NCBI GenBank assembly: GCA_964640635.1
Contig: CAZXFD010000005.1
Location: 1-62,118 of the forward strand
Direction of reading: 5' to 3'
DNA from: an uncultured Gammaproteobacteria bacterium
Lineage (GTDB): Bacteria; Patescibacteriota; Patescibacteriia; UBA1558; S5-K13
Length of the DNA stretch: 62,118 bases
A model generated the notes under the pieces. It did not search any database and had not been told where the DNA came from. It worked only from the letters and a program-made list of their open reading frames with translations. The number at the start of each line of letters is the position of its first letter. The stretch's first letter is position 1. A program made the position numbers and the translations under genes. This document shows, piece after piece, positions 37,219 through 48,236 of the stretch.

Positions 37219-37683
37219 ATGAGAGGAAAAAAATCACCAAAAAGAAAAATTGAAGCAGATAAAAAGTTTGCTAATATTGTTATTGCAAAGCTTATTAATT
37301 ATGTAATGAAAGATGGTAAGAAATCAATTGCAGAAGGTATTGTTTATGACGCTATTGATATAGTATCTCAAAAAACAAAACAAGACGGATTATCAGTATT
37401 TACTCAAGCAATGAAAAATATTCAACCATCAGTAGAAGTAAAAGGAAGAAGAGTCGGTGGTGCAAATTATCAAGTTCCTGTCATTGTTTCAGGAGATAGA
37501 AAGAATACACTAGCATTTAGATGGCTTCTTGAAGCAAGTAGATCAAAAAAAGGCAAAAGAATGGCAGAGAAATTAGCTGATGAAATAATTTTAGCTACAA
37601 ACAATGAGGGTGATGCTATAAAGAAGAAAATCAATGTTAATAAAATGGCTGAATCCAATAAAGCTTTTGCACATTTTGGTTAA
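37219..37683 (+). CDS. rpsG: 30S ribosomal protein S7
   Basis: GKKS.AE, VEVK.RRVGGANYQVP, MAESNKAFAHF. Confidence 0.98.
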   Translation: MRGKKSPKRKIEADKKFANIVIAKLINYVMKDGKKSIAEGIVYDAIDIVSQKTKQDGLSVFTQAMKNIQPSVEVKGRRVGGANYQVPVIVSGDRKNTLAFRWLLEASRSKKGKRMAEKLADEIILATNNEGDAIKKKINVNKMAESNKAFAHFG

Positions 37684-37862
37684 TTTTTTAGCTACGTAGA
37701 CGTTGATTTACGTAGTTTATTGTGCGTTTTAATAGGCGAAGTGAATGGCAATCTTAAAGCCCAAGCGCTATAGCGGGGCAAGCTTCCGCCTTTCCACTTC
37801 CGCCTTTTTATTTTATATCTAAATACTTTAAACTTAATACTTTAAACTTTAAATTTAACACT

Positions 37863-39941
37863 ATGCCAAGACAATTTCCGTTAGAACAAACAAGAAATAT
37901 AGGAATTATAGCTCATATAGATGCTGGAAAGACAACAGTAAGTGAGCGCGTTTTATATTATACAGGTAAAAAACATAAAATCGGAGAAGTTCATAATGGT
38001 GAAGCTGAAATGGATTGGATGGAACAAGAAAAAGAAAGAGGAATCACTATCACATCAGCTGCAACAACTTGTTTTTGGCATGATTATAGAATAAATCTTA
38101 TTGATACCCCAGGACACGTAGATTTTACAGCTGAGGTAAAAAGATCTTTGAGAGTATTAGATGGTGCTGTCATTATTTTTGATGGTGTTGCAGGAGTAGA
38201 ACCACAATCTGAAACAAACTGGAGATACGCTGAAGATTATCAAGTTCCAAGACTTGCTTTTATAAACAAGATGGATAGAATGGGGGCTAATTTCTTTTTC
38301 GATCTTGACTCTATTCACGATAGACTTACAAAAAGAGCATTTCCTATTCAATTGCCAATCGGAGCAGCTGAAACATTTAAAGGTATTGTAGACTTACTAG
38401 AAGAAAAAGCATATATCTATGAAGGAGAGCAAGGAGATACTATCAATATAACAGAAATACCAGAAGATATGAAAGAACTATGTGCTGAATATAGAGGAAA
38501 ATTATTAGAAGCAATAGTTGAAAATGATGAGGCTTTGATGGAAAAATATTTAGCAGGAGAAGTTATCCCACTAGAAGATTTGAAAAGAGTTTTGAGAATT
38601 GCTGTTATAGAAAATAAAATTGTTCCTGTTCTTGCAGGAAGCGCACTTAAGAATAAAGGTGTTCAAAAAATGCTTGATTGTGTTGTTGATTATTTACCAT
38701 CACCACTTGATATTCCTCCAATAAAAGCAATAGACAAGGATACCGGAGAAGAAGTTGCAAGAAAGACTGATGACAATGAAAAACTTACTGCACTTGCATT
38801 TAAAATAGCAGTAGATCCATTTGTTGGAAGACTTATTTTTGTTAGAGTATATTCAGGAGTATTAAAATCAGGTTCTTATGTTTATAACTCTTCAACTGAT
38901 ACAAAAGAAAGAATTGGAAGAATTGTAAGACTTCATGCAAATTCACGTGAAGATGTTGATGAAATATATGCTGGTGAAATAGCAGGCGTTATTGGTTTAA
39001 AAGATACAAAAACAGGAAATACATTATGTTCTGAAGATGATAATATTTTACTTGAATCAATTACATTTCCAGAACCAGTTATTCATATGTCTGTTGAACC
39101 AAAAACAAAACAAGATCAAGAAAAAATGGGCATGGCTCTTTCAAAGCTTGGTGAAGAAGATCCAACTTTCAAAATCAGAACAGATGAAGAAACACAACAA
39201 ACTATTATTGCTGGAATGGGAGAATTGCATTTAGAAGTTCTTGTTGAAAGAATGAGAAGAGAATTTAAAGTAGAGGTTAATACTGGAAGACCACAAGTAG
39301 CTTATAAAGAAACAATTAAAACATCTGCTCAAGCAGAAGGAAAATATGTTAAACAGTCTGGTGGTCGTGGTCAATATGGACATTGTTGGATAAAGATAGA
39401 ACCACAAGAAGACAAGGCGAAAGGATTTGAATTTATCGATCAAGTTAAAGGCGGTGCTATTCCAAGAGAGTATATTCCAGCTATTGAAAAGGGTATAAAA
39501 GAAGCTATTGATGAAGGAGTATTAGCACATTATCCGATTATTGATGTAAAAGCTACTGTATATGATGGATCCTATCATGACGTTGACTCATCTGAAGCAT
39601 CGTTTAAAATTGCTGGTAAAATGGCATTTAAAGAGGCTTTTAGAAATGCAAAACCAATAATATTAGAACCTATTATGAAAGTACAGGTTACAACACCCGA
39701 AAGTTATATGGGAGATGTCATTGGAGATCTCAATTCAAAAAGAGGTCAAATCGATGAAATGGTTGATAAAGGAAATGTAAAGGTTATAAATTCAAGAGTT
39801 CCACTGTCAGAATTATTTGGATATGCAACAACTCTTCGTGGCATGACTCAAGGTCGTGCAGCCTATTCAATGGAATTTAGCCATTATCAAGAAGCACCTT
39901 CAAAAATAGCACAAGAAATTGTTGAGGGAACTAGAAAATAA
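37863..39941 (+). CDS. fusA: Elongation factor G
   Basis: [49 protein letters not shown]. Confidence 0.99.
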   Translation: MPRQFPLEQTRNIGIIAHIDAGKTTVSERVLYYTGKKHKIGEVHNGEAEMDWMEQEKERGITITSAATTCFWHDYRINLIDTPGHVDFTAEVKRSLRVLDGAVIIFDGVAGVEPQSETNWRYAEDYQVPRLAFINKMDRMGANFFFDLDSIHDRLTKRAFPIQLPIGAAETFKGIVDLLEEKAYIYEGEQGDTINITEIPEDMKELCAEYRGKLLEAIVENDEALMEKYLAGEVIPLEDLKRVLRIAVIENKIVPVLAGSALKNKGVQKMLDCVVDYLPSPLDIPPIKAIDKDTGEEVARKTDDNEKLTALAFKIAVDPFVGRLIFVRVYSGVLKSGSYVYNSSTDTKERIGRIVRLHANSREDVDEIYAGEIAGVIGLKDTKTGNTLCSEDDNILLESITFPEPVIHMSVEPKTKQDQEKMGMALSKLGEEDPTFKIRTDEETQQTIIAGMGELHLEVLVERMRREFKVEVNTGRPQVAYKETIKTSAQAEGKYVKQSGGRGQYGHCWIKIEPQEDKAKGFEFIDQVKGGAIPREYIPAIEKGIKEAIDEGVLAHYPIIDVKATVYDGSYHDVDSSEASFKIAGKMAFKEAFRNAKPIILEPIMKVQVTTPESYMGDVIGDLNSKRGQIDEMVDKGNVKVINSRVPLSELFGYATTLRGMTQGRAAYSMEFSHYQEAPSKIAQEIVEGTRK

Positions 39942-39991
39942 ACTTGATTTTATTTATAAAATATAGTAACCTTATTTATTGTTAAAAAAAT

Positions 39992-40204
39992 ATGTTTGAT
40001 TTAGATAAAATATTCCAAATAGCAGATAGTGGCAAAGAAGTATTCATTGCAAGAGACGCTAAGCCGATGCTTGTCGTAATGCCCTTAGAACAGTATGATA
40101 GACTTACGTCTTTAGAGAAAAAAGATGTTTTAGAAAATAGAATCAAAGATACGGGATTAAATGAGGATTATGCGTCAAGAGTTAGAAGATCTATTATAGA
40201 ATAA
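39992..40204 (+). CDS. Solo Phd/YefM-like small protein
   Basis: SGKEVFIARDAKPMLVVMPLEQYDRL resembles the Phd pattern G.EV.ITR.GKP.AV...EEY..L; TTGATT-N17-TAACCT promoter at 39944-39972. Confidence 0.6.
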   Translation: MFDLDKIFQIADSGKEVFIARDAKPMLVVMPLEQYDRLTSLEKKDVLENRIKDTGLNEDYASRVRRSIIE

Positions 40205-40219
40205 AGATAGGTGTCTGAC

Positions 40220-40248
40220 TTGCGTTTTTATAATTTTTTTGATAGAAT
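40220..40248 (+). promoter_or_regulatory. Dedicated tuf promoter
   Basis: TTGCGT-N17-TAGAAT with extended TG. Confidence 0.6.
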
Positions 40249-40321
40249 TAATACACATTAATTTAAAACTTGCTTTAAAAGGCAAAAAACGAGTTAAACT
40301 CGTTAATAAAGGAAAAAAAAT

Positions 40322-41509
40322 ATGGCAGAAAATTTTAATAGAAACAAAACCCATGTAAACGTAGGTACTATCGGACACGTTGATCATGGAAAAACAACCC
40401 TTACAGCTGCTATTTTACAAGTTCTAATGGCATCTGGTGGAGTTGCTCAAAACAAATCAGTAGATCAAATTGATAATGCTCCAGAAGAAAAAGAAAGAGG
40501 TATTACAATTGCTACTGCTCACGTAGAATATGAAACAGAAAAAAGACACTATGCTCACGTAGATTGTCCAGGGCATGCTGACTATGTAAAAAATATGATT
40601 ACAGGAGCAGCTCAAATGGATGGAGCAGTACTAGTTGTTTCAGCTACAGACGGTGCTATGCCTCAGACAAGAGAACATATTCTTTTGGCAAAACAAGTTG
40701 GTGTTCCTTATATCATAGTATTTTTGAACAAAACCGATCAAGTAAGTGATCCAGAACTTATCGACCTTGTAGAAGAGGACATAAGAGATTTACTCAAAAA
40801 ATATGAATTCCCTGGAGATACAACACCTGTTATTAGAGGATCAGCTCTTAAAGCATTAGAAGATCCAACAGGAGAAGCTTCAAAACCAATTTTAGAACTT
40901 ATGAAAGCATTAGATGAATATATTCCAGATCCAGTAAGAGATCTAGATAAACCATTTTTGATGCCTATTGAAGACGTTTTCTCAATTGAAGGAAGAGGAA
41001 CAGTTGTCACAGGAAGAATTGAAAGAGGTATTGTTAAAATCAATGAAGAAGTTGAAATCATCGGAATGAAAGATACTACAAAGACTGTAGTTACTGGAAT
41101 TGAGATGTTTAACAAATCATTGAATCAAGGACAAGCAGGAGATAATGCAGGACTTCTTTTAAGAGGTACAAAAAAAGATGATGTTGAAAGAGGACAGGTT
41201 TTAGCAAAGCCAGGATCTGTTACTCCTCATTCAGAGTTTGAAGCTCAAATTTATATCTTGTCTAAAGATGAGGGTGGAAGACATACACCATTCTTTAAAG
41301 GATACAAACCACAATTTTATATCAGAACATGTGACGTTACAGGTGATATTGAATTACCAGAAGGAACAGAAATGGTTATGCCTGGAGATACAGTAAATCT
41401 AAAAGTAAAACTTATCACACCAGTTGCTTTAGAAGAAAAACAAAGATTTGCTATTAGAGAAGGTGGTAAAACAGTTGGAGCAGGGGCTGTTGTTAAAATC
41501 ATGAAATAA
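40322..41509 (+). CDS. tuf: Elongation factor Tu
   Basis: [38 protein letters not shown]. Confidence 0.99.
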   Translation: MAENFNRNKTHVNVGTIGHVDHGKTTLTAAILQVLMASGGVAQNKSVDQIDNAPEEKERGITIATAHVEYETEKRHYAHVDCPGHADYVKNMITGAAQMDGAVLVVSATDGAMPQTREHILLAKQVGVPYIIVFLNKTDQVSDPELIDLVEEDIRDLLKKYEFPGDTTPVIRGSALKALEDPTGEASKPILELMKALDEYIPDPVRDLDKPFLMPIEDVFSIEGRGTVVTGRIERGIVKINEEVEIIGMKDTTKTVVTGIEMFNKSLNQGQAGDNAGLLLRGTKKDDVERGQVLAKPGSVTPHSEFEAQIYILSKDEGGRHTPFFKGYKPQFYIRTCDVTGDIELPEGTEMVMPGDTVNLKVKLITPVALEEKQRFAIREGGKTVGAGAVVKIMK

Positions 41510-41519
41510 ATTTTTTTAC

Positions 41520-41558
41520 CCCCCCATCTTGCTAGTCAAGATGGGGGGATAATTGTTA
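41520..41558. other. Perfect 12-bp stem-loop between tuf and rpsJ
   Basis: CCCCCCATCTTG/CAAGATGGGGGG; no downstream T-run. Confidence 0.7.
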
Positions 41559-41577
41559 TTTAATAATCTAGTTAAAT

Positions 41578-41955
41578 ATGGAAAAAAAGAATACAAGTAA
41601 AGCTAGCGTTGTAAAGTCTCAAGGTGATGCACAAGAAGGTGCTGAAAAGGCAACTAATAGAATTAGAATAAAGATAAAGGCATATGACCATATGTTGATT
41701 GACCAGTCTACAAAGACTATTATTGATGTTGCTGTAAGAAATGGAGCAAGCATTATAGGACCTATTCCACTTCCAACAAATATCAAAAAGTATACAGTTT
41801 TGAAGTCAACTTTTGTTCATAAGGATTCAAGAGATCAATACGAAATGAGAGTTCATAAAAGACTTATCGATATACTAGAGCCAAACAAAAAAGTTATTGA
41901 TTCTTTGATGAGTCTGGACTTGCCAAATGGTGTTGACATTGAAATTAAGATGTGA
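41578..41955 (+). CDS. rpsJ: 30S ribosomal protein S10
   Basis: [32 protein letters not shown]. Confidence 0.97.
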   Translation: MEKKNTSKASVVKSQGDAQEGAEKATNRIRIKIKAYDHMLIDQSTKTIIDVAVRNGASIIGPIPLPTNIKKYTVLKSTFVHKDSRDQYEMRVHKRLIDILEPNKKVIDSLMSLDLPNGVDIEIKM

Positions 41956-42102
41956 TATTCTATTTGAGAATAAGATTTAAAAATTATTACTATACTCATT
42001 GAGTAGAATAACCCAGTAGGAAGTGTTCTATGAGATGAATTAAGTAAGGAGATTGAAATTTCATTTATTAAATTCTGCAAAATATATTAATTTTAAAAGC
42101 AG

Positions 42103-42154
42103 AATCGCAACTTTAGATCTTGATGTTTTTGAAGATTTAAGGTTACGATTTTTT
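42103..42154 (+). terminator. Terminator/attenuator-like 19-bp hairpin before rplC
   Basis: AATCGCAACTTTAGATCTT pairs with AAGATTTAAGGTTACGATT (18/19 including GU) then T-run. Confidence 0.55.
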
Positions 42155-42166
42155 GTTATAAAATAT

Positions 42167-43000
42167 ATGAATTTTATACTAGGTAAAAAAATTAGAATGA
42201 CTCAAATCTTTCGAGAAGACGGAAGATTTGTTCCAGTTACAGAAATTAGCATTACACCAAGCACAGTAATAGGAACAAGAACAAAAGAAAAGGACGGATA
42301 TTCTGCCCTTATTTTGGCTTATGGAAATAAAAATAAAGTATCAAAGTCTATAGCTGGTTTTTTTAAAAAACTAGGAAATTTTAGAACTATCAAAGAATTC
42401 AGAACAGATAACATGGCAATAGATTTAAAGGTTGGTGATAAAATAGGTATAAATAGTTTTAGCGTAGGAGATAAAGTAAAAATATCATCACTTTCTAAGG
42501 GAAGAGGATTCCAAGGTGTTGTAAAAAGACACGGATTTGCTGGAGCTATAGCTACTCATGGTACAAAAGATCAAGTAAGAATGCCTGGAAGTATCGGAGC
42601 AACAGCACCAGCTCGTGTTTTCAAAGGACTCAGGATGCCTGGACACATGGGCAATGCAAGAGTAACAATTGACAATTTAGAAATAGTAAAAATAGATTTA
42701 GAACATAATCTAATATATATAAAAGGAGCCGTTAGTGGAGCAAGAAACGCACTTTTATATATTTATGGAAAAAACGATTTTAAGGTGTTTGAAGAAGTTA
42801 AACCAGTAGAAACTGAAACAGAAGCAAAAATAGAAGATACTATAACGCCAGAAGAACCAAAAATAGAAATTAAAGAAGAAGATATAAACATAGAAAGTGT
42901 TGCAGCCCCAGAAAAAGTAGAAGAAGTAAAGATAGAAGAAACAAAAGATTCTGAACCAGTAGAGGAAGTAAAAGCGGAAGAAGTTAAAGAAGAAAAATAA
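42167..43000 (+). CDS. rplC: 50S ribosomal protein L3 with acidic C-terminal extension
   Basis: Start at MNFILGKKIRMTQ; KGRGFQGVVKRHGF, LRMPGHMG. Confidence 0.97.
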   Translation: MNFILGKKIRMTQIFREDGRFVPVTEISITPSTVIGTRTKEKDGYSALILAYGNKNKVSKSIAGFFKKLGNFRTIKEFRTDNMAIDLKVGDKIGINSFSVGDKVKISSLSKGRGFQGVVKRHGFAGAIATHGTKDQVRMPGSIGATAPARVFKGLRMPGHMGNARVTIDNLEIVKIDLEHNLIYIKGAVSGARNALLYIYGKNDFKVFEEVKPVETETEAKIEDTITPEEPKIEIKEEDINIESVAAPEKVEEVKIEETKDSEPVEEVKAEEVKEEK

Positions 43001-43084
43001 AGTATAGAGTTTAGTTGTTAGGGTTTAGAGTTTAGGAATACAAACATCTAAAAACTAAATACTAAAAACTAGATAGCTAAAAAT

Positions 43085-43717
43085 ATGATAAAAGAAAAAA
43101 TTTACAATTTAGAAGGAAAAGAAACTGGAGAAATAGAATTAGATTCAAAGATTTTTGATATAAAAATAAAACCATGTGTTATCCAACAGGTTGTAGAGGC
43201 TTATCTTGCAAATAGAAGAAGTACCATATCACACACAAAGACAATTTCAGAAGTTCGTGGTGGTGGTAGAAAACCTTGGAAACAAAAGGGTACAGGACGT
43301 GCAAGACAGGGTTCTATCAGAGCAAATCAATGGAAGGGTGGAGGAGTTGTATTTGGACCCTCAAAGGATCAAAACTTTGAAAAGAAAATCAATCAAAAAG
43401 TTAAGACAAAAGCTTTGTTTATGGTTTTGACAGATAAATTACAAAATCAAAAACTAAGAATCGTAGAAAATTTAGATTTAGCAGATCAAAAAACAAAAAA
43501 CATTCTTTCAATATTTAAAAAGTTGGAATTAGATAACAAAAAATCACTTATAGCAAAGGACGTTACTGATGAAAATCTAAAAAATGCAACAAAGAATTTG
43601 AAAACTATCAAATTTGTAGCAGCAGATAGTTTGAATGTTTATACAATGTTAAAATATGAATATTTGATTTTGACAAAAGAAGCAGTAAACAAGATAAGCA
43701 AACATTTTCTAAAATAA
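43085..43717 (+). CDS. rplD: 50S ribosomal protein L4
   Basis: EVRGGGRKPWKQKGTGRARQGS. Confidence 0.98.
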   Translation: MIKEKIYNLEGKETGEIELDSKIFDIKIKPCVIQQVVEAYLANRRSTISHTKTISEVRGGGRKPWKQKGTGRARQGSIRANQWKGGGVVFGPSKDQNFEKKINQKVKTKALFMVLTDKLQNQKLRIVENLDLADQKTKNILSIFKKLELDNKKSLIAKDVTDENLKNATKNLKTIKFVAADSLNVYTMLKYEYLILTKEAVNKISKHFLK

Positions 43718-43721
43718 AACT

Positions 43722-44159
43722 ATGGGAATATTTACTAAGAAAAAATTAGACACTGATATAGATAAAGACAATTTGCCAAAAGAGAGTGCAAAGGAGCTTA
43801 CAGTTGAAGAAATCACGAACTCTAAGAAAGAAAAAAAACATGTTGCAAAAGCAGGCGTTGTAAAATCAGACACAAAGAATGCTTACAAGGTTTTAGTTAA
43901 ACCAATCATTTCAGAAAAAGCAGCACATCTAAAAATACAAAATAAATATTTATTTCAAGTAAGTTTGGATACAACAAAGAATGAAATCAAAAAAGCTATT
44001 TTTCATGTTTATGGTGTGTGGCCAATAGAAATTAATGTAATAAATACAAAGGGTAAGAAGGTTAGATACGGAAAATCTCATGGTGTTACAAAAGATAAGA
44101 AAAAAGCAATTGTAACTCTTAAAAAGGGAGATAGTATGGAAGTTTATGAAGGAGTATAA
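43722..44159 (+). CDS. rplW: 50S ribosomal protein L23 with N-terminal extension
   Basis: KPIISEKA, KYLFQV, EIKKAI, KKAIVTL. Confidence 0.95.
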   Translation: MGIFTKKKLDTDIDKDNLPKESAKELTVEEITNSKKEKKHVAKAGVVKSDTKNAYKVLVKPIISEKAAHLKIQNKYLFQVSLDTTKNEIKKAIFHVYGVWPIEINVINTKGKKVRYGKSHGVTKDKKKAIVTLKKGDSMEVYEGV

Positions 44160-44198
44160 ATAATTACAAATTTCTAATTTCAAATTTCAAATAATGAT

Positions 44199-45041
44199 AT
44201 GCCAATAAAATTATACAAACCAACAACATCAGCAAGAAGACACACATCAGTATCAGTTAGTTTTGTTGCACCAAGAAAAAATAAATTAGTAAAAAAATTA
44301 TCTGTTATAAAGAAAAAGCACGGTGGTAGAAATAATCAAGGAAAAATAACCGTAAGACATCAAGGTGGTGGAGCAAAAAGATATATCAGAATTGTTGATT
44401 TTAAAATGGATAAATATGATATTCCTGCAAAAGTAGAGCAAATAGAATATGATCCGAATAGAAATGCATATATAGCTCTTATTTGTTATAGAGATGGAGA
44501 AAGAAGATATATTTTAGCGTGTGAAAATTTGAAGAAAGATCAGATTGTTATAAGCTCAGAAACAAAACTCACATTGTCAGATGGAAATAGATTTCCGCTA
44601 CATCTTATACCAGCAGGAACTCCAATATGTAATTTAGAATTACAGCCTAAAAAAGGTGGAAAACTTGTTCGTAGTGCTGGAAACAGTGCAACGCTCATGG
44701 GTATAGATGGAAATAATGCTCAAATCAAACTTCCTTCTGGAGAAATGAGATTAGTATCAAAAGATTGTTTTGCAACCATAGGAGCTGTATCAAATTCAGA
44801 ATTTAGAAATATTAGATGGGGAAAGGCAGGAAGAACAAGACATCGTGGAATAAGACCTACGGTTCGTGGAAAAGTAATGAATCCATGTGATCATCCTCAT
44901 GGTGGTGGAGAAGGTAAGCATCCTATTGGACTTAAATATCCAAAGACACCTTGGGGTAAGCACGCAATAGGTGTAAAGACAAGAAAGAAAAAGAAATACA
45001 GTAATAATAGAATCATAAAACGCAGAGCTAAGAGAAAATAA
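44199..45041 (+). CDS. rplB: 50S ribosomal protein L2
   Basis: [35 protein letters not shown]. Confidence 0.99.
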   Translation: MPIKLYKPTTSARRHTSVSVSFVAPRKNKLVKKLSVIKKKHGGRNNQGKITVRHQGGGAKRYIRIVDFKMDKYDIPAKVEQIEYDPNRNAYIALICYRDGERRYILACENLKKDQIVISSETKLTLSDGNRFPLHLIPAGTPICNLELQPKKGGKLVRSAGNSATLMGIDGNNAQIKLPSGEMRLVSKDCFATIGAVSNSEFRNIRWGKAGRTRHRGIRPTVRGKVMNPCDHPHGGGEGKHPIGLKYPKTPWGKHAIGVKTRKKKKYSNNRIIKRRAKRK

Positions 45042-45048
45042 TTTAAAT

Positions 45049-45143
45049 AGCTATCAGCTATTAGTTATCAGCCATTAGGGTTAATATCTAATAGCTAAAT
45101 TAAATAAGGTGCTGACAGCTGACAGCTGAAAGCCGAAAGCTAA
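45049..45143. repeat. 7-nt periodic dyad repeat element
   Basis: Left arm (AGCTATC)n, right arm GCTGACA GCTGACA GCTGAAA GCCGAAA GCTAAAA. Confidence 0.8.
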
Positions 45144-45148
45144 AAAAT

Positions 45149-45427
45149 ATGTCAAGAAGTTTAAAAAAATTACCATTTACATGTCCTAAACTATTAAAGA
45201 GAGTAGCTAATTCCAAGCCAGGAGACAATGCAATGATAAAGACATGGTCAAGAAGATCTACTATCATTCCAGAAATGGTTGGATATACTATTTATGTACA
45301 TAATGGAAAAAGTCATTTGCCAGTATTTATTGTAGAAAACATGGTAGGACATAAACTAGGAGAATTTTCTCTTACAAAGAAATTTATTTCTCATGGTGGT
45401 AAGATGGCAAAAACACAAAAGAAATAA
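45149..45427 (+). CDS. rpsS: 30S ribosomal protein S19
   Basis: [29 protein letters not shown]. Confidence 0.98.
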   Translation: MSRSLKKLPFTCPKLLKRVANSKPGDNAMIKTWSRRSTIIPEMVGYTIYVHNGKSHLPVFIVENMVGHKLGEFSLTKKFISHGGKMAKTQKK

Positions 45428-45436
45428 TTAATAACC

Positions 45437-45456
45437 AGCTACGTAGCTACGTAGCT
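45437..45456. repeat. Self-complementary (AGCTACGT)n repeat
   Basis: AGCTACGTAGCTACGTAGCT, 20-bp perfect palindrome; other copies at 30416, 37690, 47449, 50470. Confidence 0.85.
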
Positions 45457-45479
45457 ATTAAGCCAACAAGCTAAATAAT

Positions 45480-46016
45480 ATGGAAGTAAAAGCACAATTA
45501 AAATATTATAGAGTAGCACCAAGAAAAGTAAGATTAGTTACGGATGTTATTAGAGGTATTGGTGTAAAGTCTGCAATAGGGCAACTTAAAAATCTTAGTA
45601 AAAAATCTGCTACAGATATTTTGAAGCTTTTAGATTCAGCTATAGCAAATGCTACAAATAATTTTTCACTAGACAAAGACAATTTATTTATAAAAAAAAT
45701 ATTTGTAAATCAGGGGCCAGCACTAAAAAGATGGATGCCAAGAGCACATGGAAGAGCAGGAAGAATCTTGAAATTTACAAGCCACATTACTATTATTTTA
45801 GATGAATATAAGCCAAGTGATGAAAGTAAGGCTAAAAAATTAGTTAAAAAATCAATTAAGAAATCAGATAAAAAAGAAGTAATATCAGAAGAAAAAAATA
45901 CAGATAAGATTGTCAAAACACCAAAACTTAGAGCAAACAAAATCGATGCAAAATTAAATAGAAGAGGCGTTAAAACCAATTTAAAAACCTTTGTAAGAAA
46001 GGCGGGAGATAAATAA
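45480..46016 (+). CDS. rplV: 50S ribosomal protein L22 with Lys-rich C-terminal extension
   Basis: RVAPRKVRLV, SAIANA, GPALKRW.PRAHGRA, TSHITIIL. Confidence 0.97.
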   Translation: MEVKAQLKYYRVAPRKVRLVTDVIRGIGVKSAIGQLKNLSKKSATDILKLLDSAIANATNNFSLDKDNLFIKKIFVNQGPALKRWMPRAHGRAGRILKFTSHITIILDEYKPSDESKAKKLVKKSIKKSDKKEVISEEKNTDKIVKTPKLRANKIDAKLNRRGVKTNLKTFVRKAGDK

Positions 46017-46017
46017 C

Positions 46018-46758
46018 ATGGGACAAAAAGTAAATCCAATATCTTTTAGACTAGGAAACCTACAGACTTGGAAGTCTAGATGGTTTAGTGATAAAAGTTA
46101 CGCACAATTTTTAAAAGAAGATATTACAATTAGAAGATTTTTGAAAGTTAAACTAAGAGAAGCATCTGTTGCAAGATTAGAAATAAATAGATCAGGTAAT
46201 GGTATAGAATTGGTAATCCATTCAGCAAGACCAGGTATTATTATAGGTCGTGGTGGAACAGGCGTAGATGAATTAAAAAAAGAGATACTTGTAAAATGTT
46301 TCAAAAATAAAAAACAGAACCTAAAGATTTCTATAGAAGAAGTAAGAAGACCAGGAATGTCTGCAGAAATAGTTTTGCAAAATATGATAGATCAAACAGA
46401 AAAAAGATTGCCATATAGAAAAATTATGAAAAAGGCAATTGAAAAAGCATTAGAAGCAGGATGTCGTGGAATAAAAGTTATGATGTCAGGAAGATTAAAC
46501 GGAGTAGAAATTGCAAGAAGAGAAATGTTGAGAGACGGTAGATTACCACTTCATACACTACGCGCAGACATTGACTATGCAAGAGGAGTAGCAAGAACTA
46601 CTTACGGAGCGATAGGAATAAAGGTATGGTTATATAAAGAATCAGAACCAAGCACCAACACAAAGGTAGTGTCAATGGAAGAATCTCAAGAAAAGAAAAT
46701 GTCTCCAAGAAGAACTCCATTTAATAAAGACGTAAAGAAACCATATAATAAAAAATAA
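46018..46758 (+). CDS. rpsC: 30S ribosomal protein S3
   Basis: MGQKVNP..FRLG, ARPGIIIG, SGRLNG.EIAR, PLHTLRADIDY. Confidence 0.98.
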   Translation: MGQKVNPISFRLGNLQTWKSRWFSDKSYAQFLKEDITIRRFLKVKLREASVARLEINRSGNGIELVIHSARPGIIIGRGGTGVDELKKEILVKCFKNKKQNLKISIEEVRRPGMSAEIVLQNMIDQTEKRLPYRKIMKKAIEKALEAGCRGIKVMMSGRLNGVEIARREMLRDGRLPLHTLRADIDYARGVARTTYGAIGIKVWLYKESEPSTNTKVVSMEESQEKKMSPRRTPFNKDVKKPYNKK

Positions 46759-46828
46759 TTTTAAATAGCTACTAGCTTTTAAAAGCTGGTAGCCATCTAT
46801 CTAAGGGTAGATTAAGAAAGCTAAAGAT

Positions 46829-47239
46829 ATGTTAGCACCAAAAAAAGAAAAACACAGAAAATGGCATAGAGGTGACCAAATTAAAGGGGTTGCTACACAA
46901 TGCAATAAAATTAGCTTTGGAAGTTTTGGATTAAAGTCAAAAGAGGCTGGTTGGATTACTGCAAGACAAATTGAATCAGCTAGACGTGCAATAGTTCATC
47001 ATTTACAAAGAGGTGCAAAATACTGGATTAGAATATTTCCACACAAACCAATCACATCAAAAAGTGGAGAAATGCCTATGGGAAAAGGAAAAGGACCGGT
47101 TGATCATTATGTAGCAGTAGTAAAACCAGGAACCATTCTATTCGAGCTAGAAGGAATAAAAGAAAATGATGCAAAAGAAGCTTTTAGATTAGCATCACAT
47201 AAATTATCAGTAAAATGTACCTTTGTTTCAAAGGAATAA
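46829..47239 (+). CDS. rplP: 50S ribosomal protein L16
   Basis: [21 protein letters not shown]. Confidence 0.98.
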   Translation: MLAPKKEKHRKWHRGDQIKGVATQCNKISFGSFGLKSKEAGWITARQIESARRAIVHHLQRGAKYWIRIFPHKPITSKSGEMPMGKGKGPVDHYVAVVKPGTILFELEGIKENDAKEAFRLASHKLSVKCTFVSKE

Positions 47240-47243
47240 ATAT

Positions 47244-47441
47244 ATGGAATTTAAAGAATTAAAAGAAAATAAAGTAGAGGATTTACAAAAAACATTGCAA
47301 TCTGAAAGAGAAAAAGTTAGAGCTTTGAGATTTAGTGTAAATTCAAAACAAGAAAAAAATGTAAGAAAAATGAGACAAGCAAGAAAAATAATAGCTCAAG
47401 TTCTTACTATTCTAAATATAAAAAAAGAAGATACAAAATAA
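47244..47441 (+). CDS. rpmC: 50S ribosomal protein L29
   Basis: MEFKELKE, LRF, RK.IAQVLT; position in operon. Confidence 0.92.
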   Translation: MEFKELKENKVEDLQKTLQSEREKVRALRFSVNSKQEKNVRKMRQARKIIAQVLTILNIKKEDTK

Positions 47442-47491
47442 TTAAGTTAGCTATGTAGCTACGGAGCTGTAAAGCTAAGAAGCTGAATAAT

Positions 47492-47746
47492 ATGGAAAAT
47501 AAGCAAAAAAAACAATCTAGAGAATTAAGTGGTGTAGTTGTAAGTAATAAAATGATGAAAACCGTTGTTGTTAAAGTTGATACTACAAAAACTCACAAGA
47601 TCTACAAGAAGAAATATGTTGTCAGCAAAAAATATAAAGCTCATGATGAAACTAATGAATATAAAAAGGGAGATAAAGTTTTAATGAGAGAAACAAAGCC
47701 TGTGTCAAAAGACAAAAAATGGGCAGTAATAAAAAAGATAAAGTAA
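47492..47746 (+). CDS. rpsQ: 30S ribosomal protein S17
   Basis: [32 protein letters not shown]. Confidence 0.98.
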   Translation: MENKQKKQSRELSGVVVSNKMMKTVVVKVDTTKTHKIYKKKYVVSKKYKAHDETNEYKKGDKVLMRETKPVSKDKKWAVIKKIK

Positions 47747-47754
47747 TACAGATA

Positions 47755-47825
47755 GTTAGTAAGTTAGCAAGTTAGTTGGTTAGAATGTCTGACCCACTAA
47801 TCACCCTAACCCACTAACCAACTAA
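47755..47825. repeat. 8-nt periodic dyad repeat element
   Basis: GTTAG at 47755/63/71/79 facing CTAA(C) at 47797/806/814/822. Confidence 0.85.
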
Positions 47826-47829
47826 ATAT

Positions 47830-48201
47830 ATGATACAAATGCAAACAATGTTGAATGTCGCTGACAATACTGGAGCAAAAAAAGTCCAGTGTATTAAGGT
47901 ACTCGGTGGAACCAAAAGAAGATATGCAAGAATAGGCGATATTATAATAGTTGCAGTAAAATCAGCACAGCCACATAGTATGGTTAAAAAAAGTGATGTT
48001 CTAAAGGCTGTAATAGTAAGACAAAGAAAAGAATTTAGAAGACCCAGTGGAATGTATGTAAGATTTGATGATAATGCTGTTGTAATAATGGATAAAGATG
48101 CAAAAGAGCCTAGAGGCACAAGAATATTTGGACCAGTCGCAAGAGAATTAAGAGCCGCTGGATATAATAAAATAATTTCACTTGCACCGGAGGTTTTATA
48201 A
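47830..48201 (+). CDS. rplN: 50S ribosomal protein L14
   Basis: [34 protein letters not shown]. Confidence 0.99.
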   Translation: MIQMQTMLNVADNTGAKKVQCIKVLGGTKRRYARIGDIIIVAVKSAQPHSMVKKSDVLKAVIVRQRKEFRRPSGMYVRFDDNAVVIMDKDAKEPRGTRIFGPVARELRAAGYNKIISLAPEVL

Positions 48202-48236
48202 TAGGTTAATAGCATAATTGAATAATAGATATAAGT

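Noticed and set aside
41520-41558. Intrinsic terminator after tuf
   Set aside because: The T-run precedes rather than follows the stem on +. Kept only as a stem-loop of unknown role.
41940-41955. Recoded TGA (genetic code 25)
   Set aside because: TGA ends rpsJ at its expected C-terminus and long conserved genes are intact under code 11.
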